Source: a virus (taxonomy: Duplodnaviria; Caudoviricetes). Taken from it: 64,000 nt of DNA. The stretch's first letter is position 1. Each line of letters starts with the position of its first letter. Location of the stretch: the IMG/VR virus record IMGVR_UViG_3300028805_000070, positions 1 to 64,000 of that record; one strand, 5' to 3'. The notes beneath the pieces are model-generated. The model saw only the letters and a program-made list of their open reading frames with translations, was not told where the DNA came from and made no database searches. The position numbers and the translations under genes were made by a program. Below are positions 27,728 through 39,200 of the stretch, in pieces.

Positions 27728-28378
27728 ATGGCGATGAAAAGATTTCCTATCACCAATCCAGTTGATGATATGGTAGATAAGTATCGTGACCCTGACGAAA
27801 AGCTATATGCCAGCCTCGAACTAAATCAGGTAGCTTTCCCAAAGACTGGTATGGTAGTTTCCCAGACTCCTCTAGGAGAAGCCTTTACAAAGGCCGCTCC
27901 TTGTGAGAATGGTATGTGGGTCGTAGGAGATAAGGCTGCAGGTGCTATTAATCCACCAACTGCTGCAACTTCTGCTCCTATTGGTATTGTATATACCACA
28001 GAAAAAGAATATGATATGATGCATTATGGCTTACAGCGCTTCGGCCGCAAGGTTGCTGGCGATTATCCCCGTGTAGGCTTACTAGGTGTTGGCGACACTG
28101 TAACTACTAACTGCTTACAGTATAATGACACCACTTTCCCAGCAGCCAATGGCAAGACTGCAGAGCAAGTACTATTAGATGCTCTAAAAGCAATTGATAC
28201 TACTCCTCTATATGTTGCTATTAAGCCTGTTGGACAGAACGAAACCGTTTCTGCTGCTAATGCGGTTCCAGAAATTGTTAAGAATATTCCAGAAGCTGGT
28301 ATTTATGGCAAGATCGTAAAGTTCTATACCATTCCTAATGGTGGTCTTGGCGTTAAGTATCAGATTATTAGAATTTAA
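27728..28378 (+). CDS. Head decoration/cement protein
   Basis: Directly upstream of the major capsid gene; ENGM...YPRVG..GD..TTN pattern; no TAG. Confidence 0.6.
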   Translation: MAMKRFPITNPVDDMVDKYRDPDEKLYASLELNQVAFPKTGMVVSQTPLGEAFTKAAPCENGMWVVGDKAAGAINPPTAATSAPIGIVYTTEKEYDMMHYGLQRFGRKVAGDYPRVGLLGVGDTVTTNCLQYNDTTFPAANGKTAEQVLLDALKAIDTTPLYVAIKPVGQNETVSAANAVPEIVKNIPEAGIYGKIVKFYTIPNGGLGVKYQIIRI

Positions 28379-28395
28379 TAGGAGGTGCGAACGTT

Positions 28396-29514
28396 ATGGA
28401 TAATCTACACATTTTAATGAACGGCGTATTTGGACGTAAAGTTCCTGCTGAGTTCGCAGCCGCCGATTATGATTATGAAGCTGCTCTTCGTGATGAGCTA
28501 GCTAAGCTAATGACCAAAGATGGTCGTCATTTTGACCGTCACGTCTTCAACCGCAATAAGGAAGACATTTTTGAACTACTTGAGCAGAATCTAGAAGAAG
28601 TACTACCTCAGAGTGTGCAGTCTGCTTTAGATATGTTCGTTGAAACCCTACATTTCGCTCAGGGTACTCGTCCTGAGTTCCGTGTAACTCGCGGTAAGCA
28701 GCGCGGTAAGCAGTTCGTTACTCGTGCTACCGAATCCGGTAACTATGAGACTTTCCGTCTCGACCGTGATCGCTTTGATGTCTACATTCAGGCCATTGGC
28801 GGTGCTGGATATGTAGACTTCGAGCGCTATCTAGATGGTCTAGAGAGCATGACTGATATTTATGAAGTCATCCAGGAAGGTATCGTTGATCGTCTATTTG
28901 AGATGGTTCAGGAAGTACTACTTGCTTCTTGGAATGCCGCTGGACGTCCTTCTCGTAACAAGGTTGCGGCTAATACTTTCAATCCTATTGCTATGAAGAA
29001 ACTTTGCAACACCGTTGCGGCTTATGGTTCTCCAATCATCTACTGCACTCCTGAGTTTGCAGCTGAAATGGTTAATGCTATTGTTTATAGCAATGCTAAT
29101 CCAAGCTGGGTTGGCGGAAAGATTTCTGATCAGGATATGATTGATATTCGTGAGCGTGGATATATCGGAAAGTTCCAGGGCGTACCAATTGTTATTATGC
29201 CTCAGTCCTTTACTGATGAAACCAACTCTAAGACTGTTATGAATCCATCTTTTGCTTATGTTTTACCCACTGGGAAAGAAAAGCTAATCAAGATGGCTTT
29301 CGAAGGTTCTCCATATTTCCGTGAATGGGATGATCATGAAGGCGATAATTCCATCGTTCTACAGGGATATGTAAAGGTTGGTGTCGGTATGTTCACTATG
29401 CCTAACTATTGGGGAATTTATTACAACGCGGCACTAGATGAAGGCAGCGGCTGGAAAGCTTACAACCAGGGTCTAGTTCCAAAGTTCGATGACAATACTA
29501 ATAACAATCAGTAA
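28396..29514 (+). CDS. Major capsid protein
   Basis: 372 aa, strong codon bias, position, G.IGKF.G.P motif, followed by a terminator; no TAG. Confidence 0.85.
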   Translation: MDNLHILMNGVFGRKVPAEFAAADYDYEAALRDELAKLMTKDGRHFDRHVFNRNKEDIFELLEQNLEEVLPQSVQSALDMFVETLHFAQGTRPEFRVTRGKQRGKQFVTRATESGNYETFRLDRDRFDVYIQAIGGAGYVDFERYLDGLESMTDIYEVIQEGIVDRLFEMVQEVLLASWNAAGRPSRNKVAANTFNPIAMKKLCNTVAAYGSPIIYCTPEFAAEMVNAIVYSNANPSWVGGKISDQDMIDIRERGYIGKFQGVPIVIMPQSFTDETNSKTVMNPSFAYVLPTGKEKLIKMAFEGSPYFREWDDHEGDNSIVLQGYVKVGVGMFTMPNYWGIYYNAALDEGSGWKAYNQGLVPKFDDNTNNNQ

Positions 29515-29529
29515 TTGATTGATAACCAC

Positions 29530-29564
29530 TGGGGTGGGTGATTTGCTCACCCGCCCCATTTTTT
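29530..29564 (+). terminator. Rho-independent terminator
   Basis: TGGGGTGGGTGA-TTTGC-TCACCCGCCCCA-TTTTTT. Confidence 0.85.
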
Positions 29565-29592
29565 CTTTTGGAGATAAAAGGAGGAATTTATT

Positions 29593-30036
29593 ATGAGTAA
29601 AATTACATTAACTAATGTTGGCACGGCGACCGTATCACTATTTTTTCCAAATATTAAGTGGAGTCGTGAATTAACGCCCGGACGTGCAGTTCCTGTATCA
29701 CAGGAAGATTATGAAGAAATGACTTTTGATCCTGGCTTTATGGCTCTTGTTAATGGACACTTTATTAAAGTTGAGGGTCTTGCAGAGGATGAGCAGGTTG
29801 AAGAAGTAGGTACTGTCGTAAGTGCGGCTGAGATTGCAGCTATGTTTGACAAAAATGATGTCACCGGTTTTGCAAAATTTATTCCTAATGCTACTGAATC
29901 TGAAAAAGATTCTGTTGTAAAGATTGCAGTAGATAAGGGAATTACATCACCTGCTTTCGTAGGTCTAATTAAGAAATACTGTGATGTTGACATTATTAAT
30001 GCCATTAATATGAAGCATCAAGCAGAAGAGAAGTGA
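29593..30036 (+). CDS. Hypothetical head-associated protein
   Basis: AGGAGG RBS; position after the capsid gene. Confidence 0.7.
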   Translation: MSKITLTNVGTATVSLFFPNIKWSRELTPGRAVPVSQEDYEEMTFDPGFMALVNGHFIKVEGLAEDEQVEEVGTVVSAAEIAAMFDKNDVTGFAKFIPNATESEKDSVVKIAVDKGITSPAFVGLIKKYCDVDIINAINMKHQAEEK

Positions 30037-30041
30037 TATAA

Positions 30042-30515
30042 ATGGCGACCCCTTTCTTAAAAGTTTATGAAGCCTTTTTGGCACGAATCACCGCCGATGA
30101 GTGGACTCTAGAAGAGGAGCTCGCCATAGTAGAGCGAGACTGGCAAGAACTTCTCAAAATGGCGGTTGAACGCTTTAAATATCCACGTATTAGTTTAGAA
30201 ATTGAAACAATAGAAAATAACGATGGCCAAGTAGCAATGCAGTTTAAAGAAGAGCTTACTAACGCGGAAATCCAGATGCTGGCATTATATATGAAGCACG
30301 AATGGGTTAAACGCTGTATTGCTAGTTGGGAAAATATCCGTTAGTTGTATGTTGATAGTGATTATTCCCAAGCAAACCACCTTGATAAATTATTAAAATT
30401 AGATGCCTCAATTGCGCTTGAGGTACATAAGGCGGAAGGGCGATATGATAGATCGCGTAACCATAGTCCCGCAGTCATCTTCAAACAGCTTGCGGGAAAA
30501 AGATATCGCGGATGA
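30042..30515 (+). CDS. Head-tail connector/adaptor (157 aa, one TAG)
   Basis: TPF..VY..FL..IT and D.SQANHL motifs either side of TAG 30342. Confidence 0.65.
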
Positions 30516-30777
30516 AACATTTGAAGGTTATATTGGTAAGTTAAAGAATCGCTTATATGGCCTTCTATGTGAACGTGAAAAAGGTGGGGAATGGGAAAAG
30601 TTTTTAGACTCTATTATTTTAGAGCTAAGAGGTCTTGGCGCGAATGCCATTAATTGGTGGGCACTTATAGGAAAATTGTCTATGCTCAGATATTTGTCTT
30701 ATGAGTATTTTAGAAAGACAATATTTGAATGTATGAACCTGGTAGGAAAATTGGATTATCCAGATGAACTATCTTGA
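30445..30777 (+). CDS. Hypothetical protein (start uncertain)
   Basis: Open frame ending TGA 30775-30777; fills the gap between head-tail genes. Confidence 0.55.
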   Translation: MIDRVTIVPQSSSNSLREKDIADETFEGYIGKLKNRLYGLLCEREKGGEWEKFLDSIILELRGLGANAINWWALIGKLSMLRYLSYEYFRKTIFECMNLVGKLDYPDELS

Positions 30778-32026
30778 TGTATACTATTCGCGCCTAAATC
30801 ATCTAGGTGAGACTATTGGCGAACGCATTACTAATGGTGGAATACGAACATTTTAGCGTTGGAAGGCCGAGTCTCCACATACAGTTACAAATCTTTCTGT
30901 TGAACGTGGATTATATTTTGATGGCGTTATTTTACAAAGTAAGGATAAGGAGTACCAGAAGATCCTACATTTAAATGTCTCTAATGACATACCTATCCGA
31001 GTCGGAGATATTATGACTTGGTAGCAAAAGGATGGAACAGAGGAAAAATGGATTTTGCTTTCTGAAGAAAAGAAAGTAAATGGTACTTACCGTACTTTTA
31101 GTATATTAAAGTGTAACTATTTATTAAAGTGGATTAATGACAAGGGTTATTTGCGGCAATCTTGGGCTTATGTTTTAAGCTCAACAGATGATAAGGTTAA
31201 GGGCAATTTTAGAACTTGGCACAATCTTATCACTCCACAGCCAAATAAATATGCTGAGATTATTATGCCTCGTCCAATTGATGCTGATACAGAAGTAGAA
31301 AATACTGTAAGTCGTGGTACCAATTTTATTATCGAGGATGAGAGCTGGAAAATGGTTGAAGCAGATTTTACTAGCGTGGCAGGTATTATTTATATGTCGT
31401 TAACTGAGAATAAAGTTAACCGCTAGTATGACGATCTGACAGTGGATGTTGCAGATACTGATAAATTAATATTTCCAACATTAGAACCAGTATATAATGT
31501 TGGAGATGAGATTGTTCCTCATTTTAATGAATAGACATTAAATGAATGGGAAATTGTATTAATACCAGAAGAGGATTAGAATATAGTTAATTTTAATGCG
31601 GCCGGGCGTCTTATTGCAGAGAACCCTGGTAGCACAACTATTAAAATGCGCTTAAAGAATTATGATGCTTCCAAAGCTAGAAAAGCAGTTACAAAAGAAT
31701 TTGCTATTGTTGTAAACGCTTCTATAGAGGATGCACCGGTATATATCTATGGGCCTGATAAAGTTAGGTTAGATAGATATGCTAATTATTATTTGACGCT
31801 AGAAGGATAGGAAAATATTCCATTAAGCGCAGAGATTAGTATTGTAGAAGATTCTGCCGCAAAAAATCCTCCTTCTGATTATGGTACATTGCAAGAAAGC
31901 GCGCAAGAACAACATGTATATGTGCTTCACGCAAATAATAAAAATAAACTAGGTAAACTTACTTTAGAAGCTACTTATAATAATAAGGTGTGCTCTAAGA
32001 CAGTAGAGATAATCCCATTATGGTGA
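30764..32026 (+). CDS. Head closure/neck protein with C-terminal Ig-like region (420 aa, TAG read through)
   Basis: ILKCNYLLKW motif; continuous frame except for TAGs. Confidence 0.6.
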
Positions 32027-32036
32027 GGTGAGATAA

Positions 32037-32543
32037 ATGGCAACAGAAACTCCGAGTCAGCGCCGATTCGCGGTAATGGGAGATAATACGTTTAAAATTG
32101 CTAATAAATTAATGTCTAATAAAGACTTATGTCGCTTATTAAAGTATCAAGTACGAGACCCTTTAAATAAAGAAAAATATCCGGATGTAGATGGGGCGGA
32201 GCTTATTAACCGCTAGATTCTAATTGTGCCAAAGATATTTGATGACAGCACTGAAAAAATGTCTTATGTAACAGCGCTATTTAGTAATTTCGTTGTCAAT
32301 TATTTAAATCCGGAATTTAAAATTTCTACAATTCGTTTTGATATAGCATGCCCATATGAAGAATGGCTGCTTGATGGAAGGACTTTGCGCCCATATTTAA
32401 TTATGGAAGAAATTGATAAAATGTTTAATGAAGCAAAAATGCAAGGCATAGGTACTTTATAGTTTTATCGCGCAGATGCCTTAACATTAAGTCCTTGGAT
32501 TGGCGGCTATTCTATGGTATATTAGATAAATGAATTTAACTGA
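32037..32543 (+). CDS. Putative tail completion/terminator protein (168 aa, TAG read through)
   Basis: Position; L.RLLKY...P and LRPYLIM.EID.MFN motifs. Confidence 0.55.
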
Positions 32544-33309
32544 TACCGAAGTTTTAAAGTTTTTAAAGGGTTCTCCTGTATTTGTAGAAGACATATGTGC
32601 GGTATTTCCTGTTACATTGGGGCAAATAGTGGATGAGGGTTACGATAATTTTTAGAAATATCTAAGCGTTCTAACTGCCAATAAGCCAAATACTAATTTT
32701 GATTCAGATCATGAATTAAAAGAACTAATGGCGCAATTGACCGATTTTTAGTACTTGCTTTTAATTGCAAGTACTGACCCAGAAATTCATAACCTTATGA
32801 AGCGAGGCTTTAGATTTTTCACACATGAAGATGTAATTTTTTCTTTAGACCCCGCACAAATCATTATAGGCCCCTTGGAGGAAAAACACATAATGACTGA
32901 GGATAAATTCTATGATTTTTAGCATTTGCTACGTAGAATGTATTTTCTTGAAACAGCGGAAGATGAGATTATTATTTATGAGGATGATCCGGAGATTACC
33001 AAGCGGCTTAAGATGCAATAGCGCGATAGGCGCGAAAAGCTTCGCCGCGCGAAGGCTAAAGAAGCTAAAAAGAATGGTACTAATATGGAGTTTTCAGATT
33101 TAATAGCAAGTTTGCCGCTAAATAATTGTGGCCTGAATATTTTAAATATTTGGGATGTTAGTTATTATGCTTTTCAGGACCAACTCAAGCGGATGGGGTG
33201 GCGTGATTAGTTTAATATAAATTAGCGCGCGGCGTTAGCAGGCGCGAAAATTGAGAAGTCGCAACTGAAGCATTGGATGCGTTCAATTGCTGATGGCGAT
33301 AAGTTATAA
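32530..33309 (+). CDS. Hypothetical tail-module protein (259 aa, TAG read through)
   Basis: Invisible in the standard-code track; single frame from ATG 32530 to TAA 33307-33309. Confidence 0.65.
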
Positions 33310-33325
33310 CTTGGAGGTAACTTTT

Positions 33326-35262
33326 ATGGCTAACAATGTTAATATTTTTGACAAGTATGGCATTAAGGAAGTTGCTAACGTATATTTTGAAGCTCTAGAT
33401 GACGATCTAAAGACCGGCGTCTATAAGGGCGATATCGTGCTCTTCCTAGATACTCTAAAAGTTTCCACCATTGAGACCACTGCAGAAAATGTAGCCGCTC
33501 AGGGCGGTCAAATGGCCCCGGCCGCCTAAAAAATTCCTTAATTTCTGGAAAATCCTAAAGCCATCGGAGATGGATATAAAATCCTAAGGAGGATGAATAG
33601 AATGGATAATCAGACGCTAAGCATTATGCCAAAACATGGTTTTGGCTTTGTGTATTGTTATACTTCTCCAAGTGGGAAGAAATACATAGGAAAAACAAAG
33701 ACTACTTTAAAAGCTAGAGCAAAAGATAATTGTAAAGGATATAAAGGTTGTACAGCATTTTATAATGCAATTCAAAAATATGGTTATGAAAATTTTGAGG
33801 TAGAGATATTAGAAGAAGTCCCATTAGAACGACTAATAGAAGCAGAAACACAGTATATTATTGATATGGATACAACCGACCCTAATAAAGGTTACAATAT
33901 CGTTACAAATTATCATGAATTTTTAGCTGCTTTTAACCGAATTCCCGTATATAGTTATGATGGTCAAACTGGTATTTTTATTGAAGGCTTTGAAAGTACA
34001 GCAGAGGCAGAACGAGTAATGCAAGTATATCGTGGCAGTATTAGAAGAGTTTTAAATATACCTAACCATCATGTACGAGGTCGTTTATGGAAAACAGAGA
34101 AATTTGATTCGGTTTCTGTAATTCCAAATAATATCTAGCCTAACACTAAACCAGTTTTTAGATATGATCCTGAAACTGGAGAGTTTTTACAAGCATACAG
34201 TTCTATTCGTGAAGCGGCACGTTAGACTGGTTTTGATAGAAAGACTATTAGCGATTAGGTAGCGTTAAAGGCTAAAAGAGAGCGGAAATATATCTTTAGA
34301 GATTTTAAAGTAGAGAATTTGTATAATGAAAGTTCAACGACTATCCCTAGTGGAGTAGATTCAAGTGAATCAAAACAGGAATAATAAGTTTATCTTATTA
34401 AGATATAGTCTAATCTTATAGGAAACTATAAGCAGTTCATAAGAGAACGCGCATATGCTCACGACTTATGCGGAATATTATTATGTGGGGCAATCCTCGT
34501 CTCGTGCAGTGGGACTATGGTAAGGAAATCAACATTACTCTAGAAGATGCTCTAATGTCTCTAGAATCTCTTCGTTTCATGCTAGGTGGCGCAATTCGTC
34601 GTACTAGTGATAATAATAACAGTGAAACGATTGTTGTACATCACACTGAGGAAGTAACTGCACTAGCTAATCATATAGTTCCTGCTCCAAAGGATCATAT
34701 TACTGGTACTGTTATGTATCCAGAAGCTAAGGCCAACCATCCAATTAAGTTAATCAACTTAACTAAGGGCTATCGTACTTAGATTGAGTATGATGAAAAT
34801 GGTACTAATAAGATGAAAGATAAAAATACTATCCTCTTTAAGAATCCTAAGGCTGGTATTGCAGCTGCCGGCGAACAGCCAGATGAAGGCGATAAGATTC
34901 GTATTTTCTGGGATGAAATTGTTGCTTCCAGTACTACTACTGAGGATGCAGTTGAAGTAACTATTTCTCCAGATACCTTCCCAGGAACTTATAAGGTAGT
35001 TGGCGATACTCTAATTCGTTCTGAAAAGACTGGCCGTGATGAGCCCTTCCAGTTCATTATTAATAAGGCTAAGGTACAGAGCAATGTTACTATTACTCTA
35101 CAGGCTGAAGGCGATCCTTCTACATTTGAAATGACCCTTAACGTATTACGTGATGGCAATGAAATGATGAAGCTTGTTCGTTATAATGTACTTACTTCTG
35201 ATAATTCAGTAGCTGGTAATGATAAGGGATCTATTGAAACTGCTCAGGATTCTGGTGGCTAA
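33326..35262 (+). CDS. Major tail (tube) protein, spliced: exon 1 33326-33508, exon 2 34486-35262
   Basis: Splicing yields ...AAQGG|WGNPRLVQWDYGKE..., matching ARGGW in the downstream paralog; one TAG at 34780; strong terminator 35278-35310. Confidence 0.85.
33509..34485 (+). mobile_element. Group I self-splicing intron
   Basis: 5' exon ends in U, intron ends in G; IGS GCCCCG-GCCGCC pairs with 3' exon TGGGGC and 5' exon GGCGGT; P (AATTTCTGGAA), Q (AATCAGACGC), R (GTTCAACGACTA 34332), S (AAGATATAGTCT 34400) elements. Confidence 0.92.
33602..34384 (+). CDS. Intron-encoded GIY-YIG homing endonuclease with two NUMOD1-like repeats (3 TAGs)
   Basis: FVYCY...KKYIGKT, ...GYN; repeats PVYSYD..TG.FI..FES..EA.R and PVFRYD..TGEFL..YSSIREAAR; AAGGAGG RBS. 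Confidence 0.88.
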
Positions 35263-35329
35263 TAATTAATCATAAATCCGGGGACTCATCCGAGTCCCCG
35301 GTTTCTTTTTGAAAGGTAGGTGAATACCT

Positions 35330-36217
35330 TTGATACACCAATACTTTGGAATTAAGGAATTATATGAAGTATGTTTGCGCGCGAAGACTGCTATGCGATT
35401 TGGCGAGCGCTATATCGAAGCAGACGAACCGGTTCTTTATTTTGAAAACATTAGTATGTCTATGTTATCAGAGCAAAGTAAAGAAGTCTATGCGCGCGGC
35501 GGTTGGCTGAATTAGCCAAAGGTAATATGGCAAGATCGGTCAGAAGTTCGCTTTCAAATGTCTGAAGGTGTAGTATCTCAATTTGGATTCGGTATCCTTT
35601 TGGGCGCGAAAGTTGCCATAAAAGGCAAAGAAAAACCTATACTAATGCATAAGACAGAAGGCCCTTTTGATTTTCCAATTGGAGAAGAGCGGCCGCGTAT
35701 TTACTTAGAGCATTGGCCGGTAGATGTTAACTAGAAGAAGACATTTATTTTTGAGTATGCTCGTGATGCCATATAGTCTAAAATATACGGTAAGAGAATC
35801 TATGGATAGCATCACGATCCGTTTTAGCCGGACGTAGAAACTCCTTGTGTGGAGTTGTATGAAGATAAAGCATTGACAAAATTGGCTGACACCAATAATA
35901 AATATATAGTAGATTACTACTATGAATATGGAAAAGAAGCAATTTCTTATACATTATAGAAAGAACGTTTTAACGGTTTATTCTCTTTAGAAGGGAAATT
36001 TTATTCTAAAGATGAGAATGAGGGGTAGAATTATACAAATATTTTGTATATGCCGAAAGTTAGGATTGTAAGTGATATTAACTTGCGATTGGGAGAAAGG
36101 GCTGATCCAACGGTGTCCGCGTTTGATATAATAGGGTTGCCGGAGACTGTCGGTGACGATAAAGATTTGATTGTTGAGATTTAGCATCTAGGGGAAGATT
36201 TGGATGCTGATATATAA
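35330..36217 (+). CDS. Tail-tube-like paralog / minor tail protein (295 aa, TAG read through)
   Basis: FGIKE, PVLYFE, ARGGW...W, P.V.I.S.I.L.L....DP motifs parallel the major tail protein; terminator 36217-36252. Confidence 0.65.
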
Positions 36218-36282
36218 GCCACTTTCTTGCGGGGAAAGTGGCTCTTTTTTTTATTTTAGGAGATAAAGGAGAGTGAGATGGG

Positions 36283-39200
36283 ATGGCAACAGAACTTAGG
36301 GTACCAGTAAAACTTGAAGTATTATAGAGTTCAATTGCAGATATAAAATCAACGTTAGCTAATTTGCGGCCGGAGACTACCGTTTGGAAAGAATTATAGA
36401 ATATTTTACGTTCAATGACCAAAGAGGCGGATGGCTTACAAAGCGCTATAAGTAAGCCTTTTAACGCTTAGAAAGATTTTACTTCCGCAGAAAAAGGTAT
36501 AGGTAAAATTGAGGATGCGCTAGAACGCGCTCGCATCGCAATGGGGCGTATAACTTTTTCTGATTTAAAATTGGATGAAAATTAGTCTGCTGCTTTAAAA
36601 GAATTTGAGCGTTAGTTATAGGTTATTGAAGATAAGGCTAGGAATTTTAAAGCAACTTTGAAGGCTGAATTACAAAGTGGCGATAACTGGGGTGATATAT
36701 TAGCTCTTGATCCTAATGCAATCACTTAGTCTTATGATGAAATTGTAAAAAGTATATAGAATAAAGTTAAGTAGATTGAAAGTGAATCAAAGAAAGCGGC
36801 GGAAGCTTTACGTATTGCTACTGAAGAAGCTAATCGCGCGACAGCAAGTAAATAGTTTTTTTCTGCTCAACAATCTTTAAGTACTGAAGGAATGGGTGAA
36901 GAGTGGAATACATTTTTTTAGAATAATAAAAATGGACAATTACAATTTCGCTCAGGACAAAAAAGTGCTTTTTATGAGTGGATGCGTGATAATTTAACTA
37001 TTACGCCAGCTTAGTATGAAGAGATTAAAAATAAAACTATTACTGAAATATAGTAGTGGATTAAAGATTTTGATGTTAATAAAATTATTAATGATGAAAC
37101 AAAAAAGAAACAGACAAAAGATGATGCAACAACACGCGTGGCAAATGTAACAGCAGAAGCATAGAAAGCATAGGTAGTATAGTAGGTTATTGCTGCAAAT
37201 CAAGAAAAAATTACTACTAATAATACTGCTTTAAGCAAAGAAACTGCGGTAGTAACTTCTAATTTAAATGATTATAAAGCTGCGGCAGAAAATGCTGCAC
37301 GAGCTTCACTATAGACTTCTTCTGGTATGCAGAAAGCAAGCAGCGAGTGTACTATGCTTACTAGTGCTTTATAGCGTTCTAACTCAGAATGGCTATAGAT
37401 GGATCGTGCTGCGACTACAATGAATGGATTACGTAATGCCATTCTTAATTTTATGGGTTTTAATTAGATTTTAAATTTAACTAAAACCGCAGTACGTTAG
37501 GCCGCTTAGCACATACAAGAACTTGATACAGTTATGAGTAAGATTGCAATTGTTACTGATATGTCAACTGGTGACTTATGGAAACAAGTTGATGCATATA
37601 GTGATATGGCGCAAACTTATGGTGTATCTATTAAAGGTGCGTATGAAGTATCATAGATTTATTATCAGCAAGGTCTAGAAACCGCTGATGTTTTAACATT
37701 AACTAATGAGACGTTAAAATTAGCAAAGATTTCTGGTCTAGATTATGCAACAACTACTGACTATATGACAACTGCTTTACGTGGATTTAAAATGGAAATG
37801 TCCGAGGCAGGAACTGTCGTAGACGTATATTCTGCTCTTGCTGCAAATACAGCAGTGTCATAGGAAGAATTGGCAGTAGCTATGAGTAAGACTGCTTCTT
37901 CTATGGAATCTGTAGGTTCTACCTTTGAAGAGACATCAGCAATGATTGGTACTATGGTAGCTGTTACTCGTGAATCTGCTACTAATATTGGTAGTGCTAT
38001 GAAGAGTATAGCTAGCCGTTATGGTGAATTGACTAAAGATCCAACTGCATTATTAGATGCTGAAGGCGAAGCTATGTCTTTCAACAAGGTTGATACGGCA
38101 TTACAGTCAGTAGGTATCTCAATGAAAACTGTTGATGGACAATTCCGTGAATTCACAGATGTTATTGTTGAATTAGGTGAAAAATGGGATTAGTTAGATA
38201 GTACGCAGCAACGTTATATTGCTACTTAGTTTGCTGGTAATAGACAACAATCACGTTTCTTAGCATTAGTTAGCAATGTTGATTTATTAAAGTCTAATAT
38301 GGACGTTGCAATGAACAGTGAAGATACTGGTACATTGCAAGCTTTAAAAGCATTAGACTCAATTGAATCTAAAACTGAATAGGTAAAAGTAGCATATTAG
38401 CAATTCTATACGACTCTTGGCGCCGAAAATGTTTGGAAAAGCGCTTTAGATGGATTAAAAGAATATATTAATATGTTAAATGGCTTACCGAAGTTATTTG
38501 ATAAAATACCAATTGGCGCGATCGCAATGGTAGCTAATTTGGTGGATTTAATTAAATTCGCTGGAACTAGTGTTATTAGCGGTGTAGCTGAAATCTGGAA
38601 AAAGTTTTTGCCTGAAAATGCTTAGGTAGATATTGCGGCGAAGAATATTTTGCCTAATGGACAGGCAGAAGCTTAGAAGGCAGGACAAGATGTTACTGCT
38701 GGTATGGCATAGGGCATAAAAGCAGGAGAAGGAGAAGTACGAGCTGCTGGTGTAGCTTTAGGAGAAGTTTCTATTGAAGGCTTACGCGATGGAGCCGGGA
38801 CACATTCTCCTAGTGTGCCAGCAGGTGAAACCGCAGATAACGTCGGCGCAGGAATGATTATTCATCTTGAGGCGGCGGTTGATGCTGTAAAAAATGCTGG
38901 TCGTTCTTTAGGTGAGGCTGCTATTGTTGGCGTTAAAGAAGGTATGCAAAATGTACAAGCTGTAGCGGATTTACTGGTATCATAGCTTGCTACTTTAGCA
39001 CCTGAAATTCAAAGTAAATTTGGTAATTTAAATGATTTTTCTATTGACAATATCCGTCAATTTGTTGAGCGCCCTGAATGGAATAATACTGAACGTGCGG
39101 CTGCTTATACTGCTATAGATGTATAGCGTTCTACATTAGAGGCTAATAATTTAATTAATGATATTAAATTAATTAATGATAAAATCGCAGCATATAGAAA

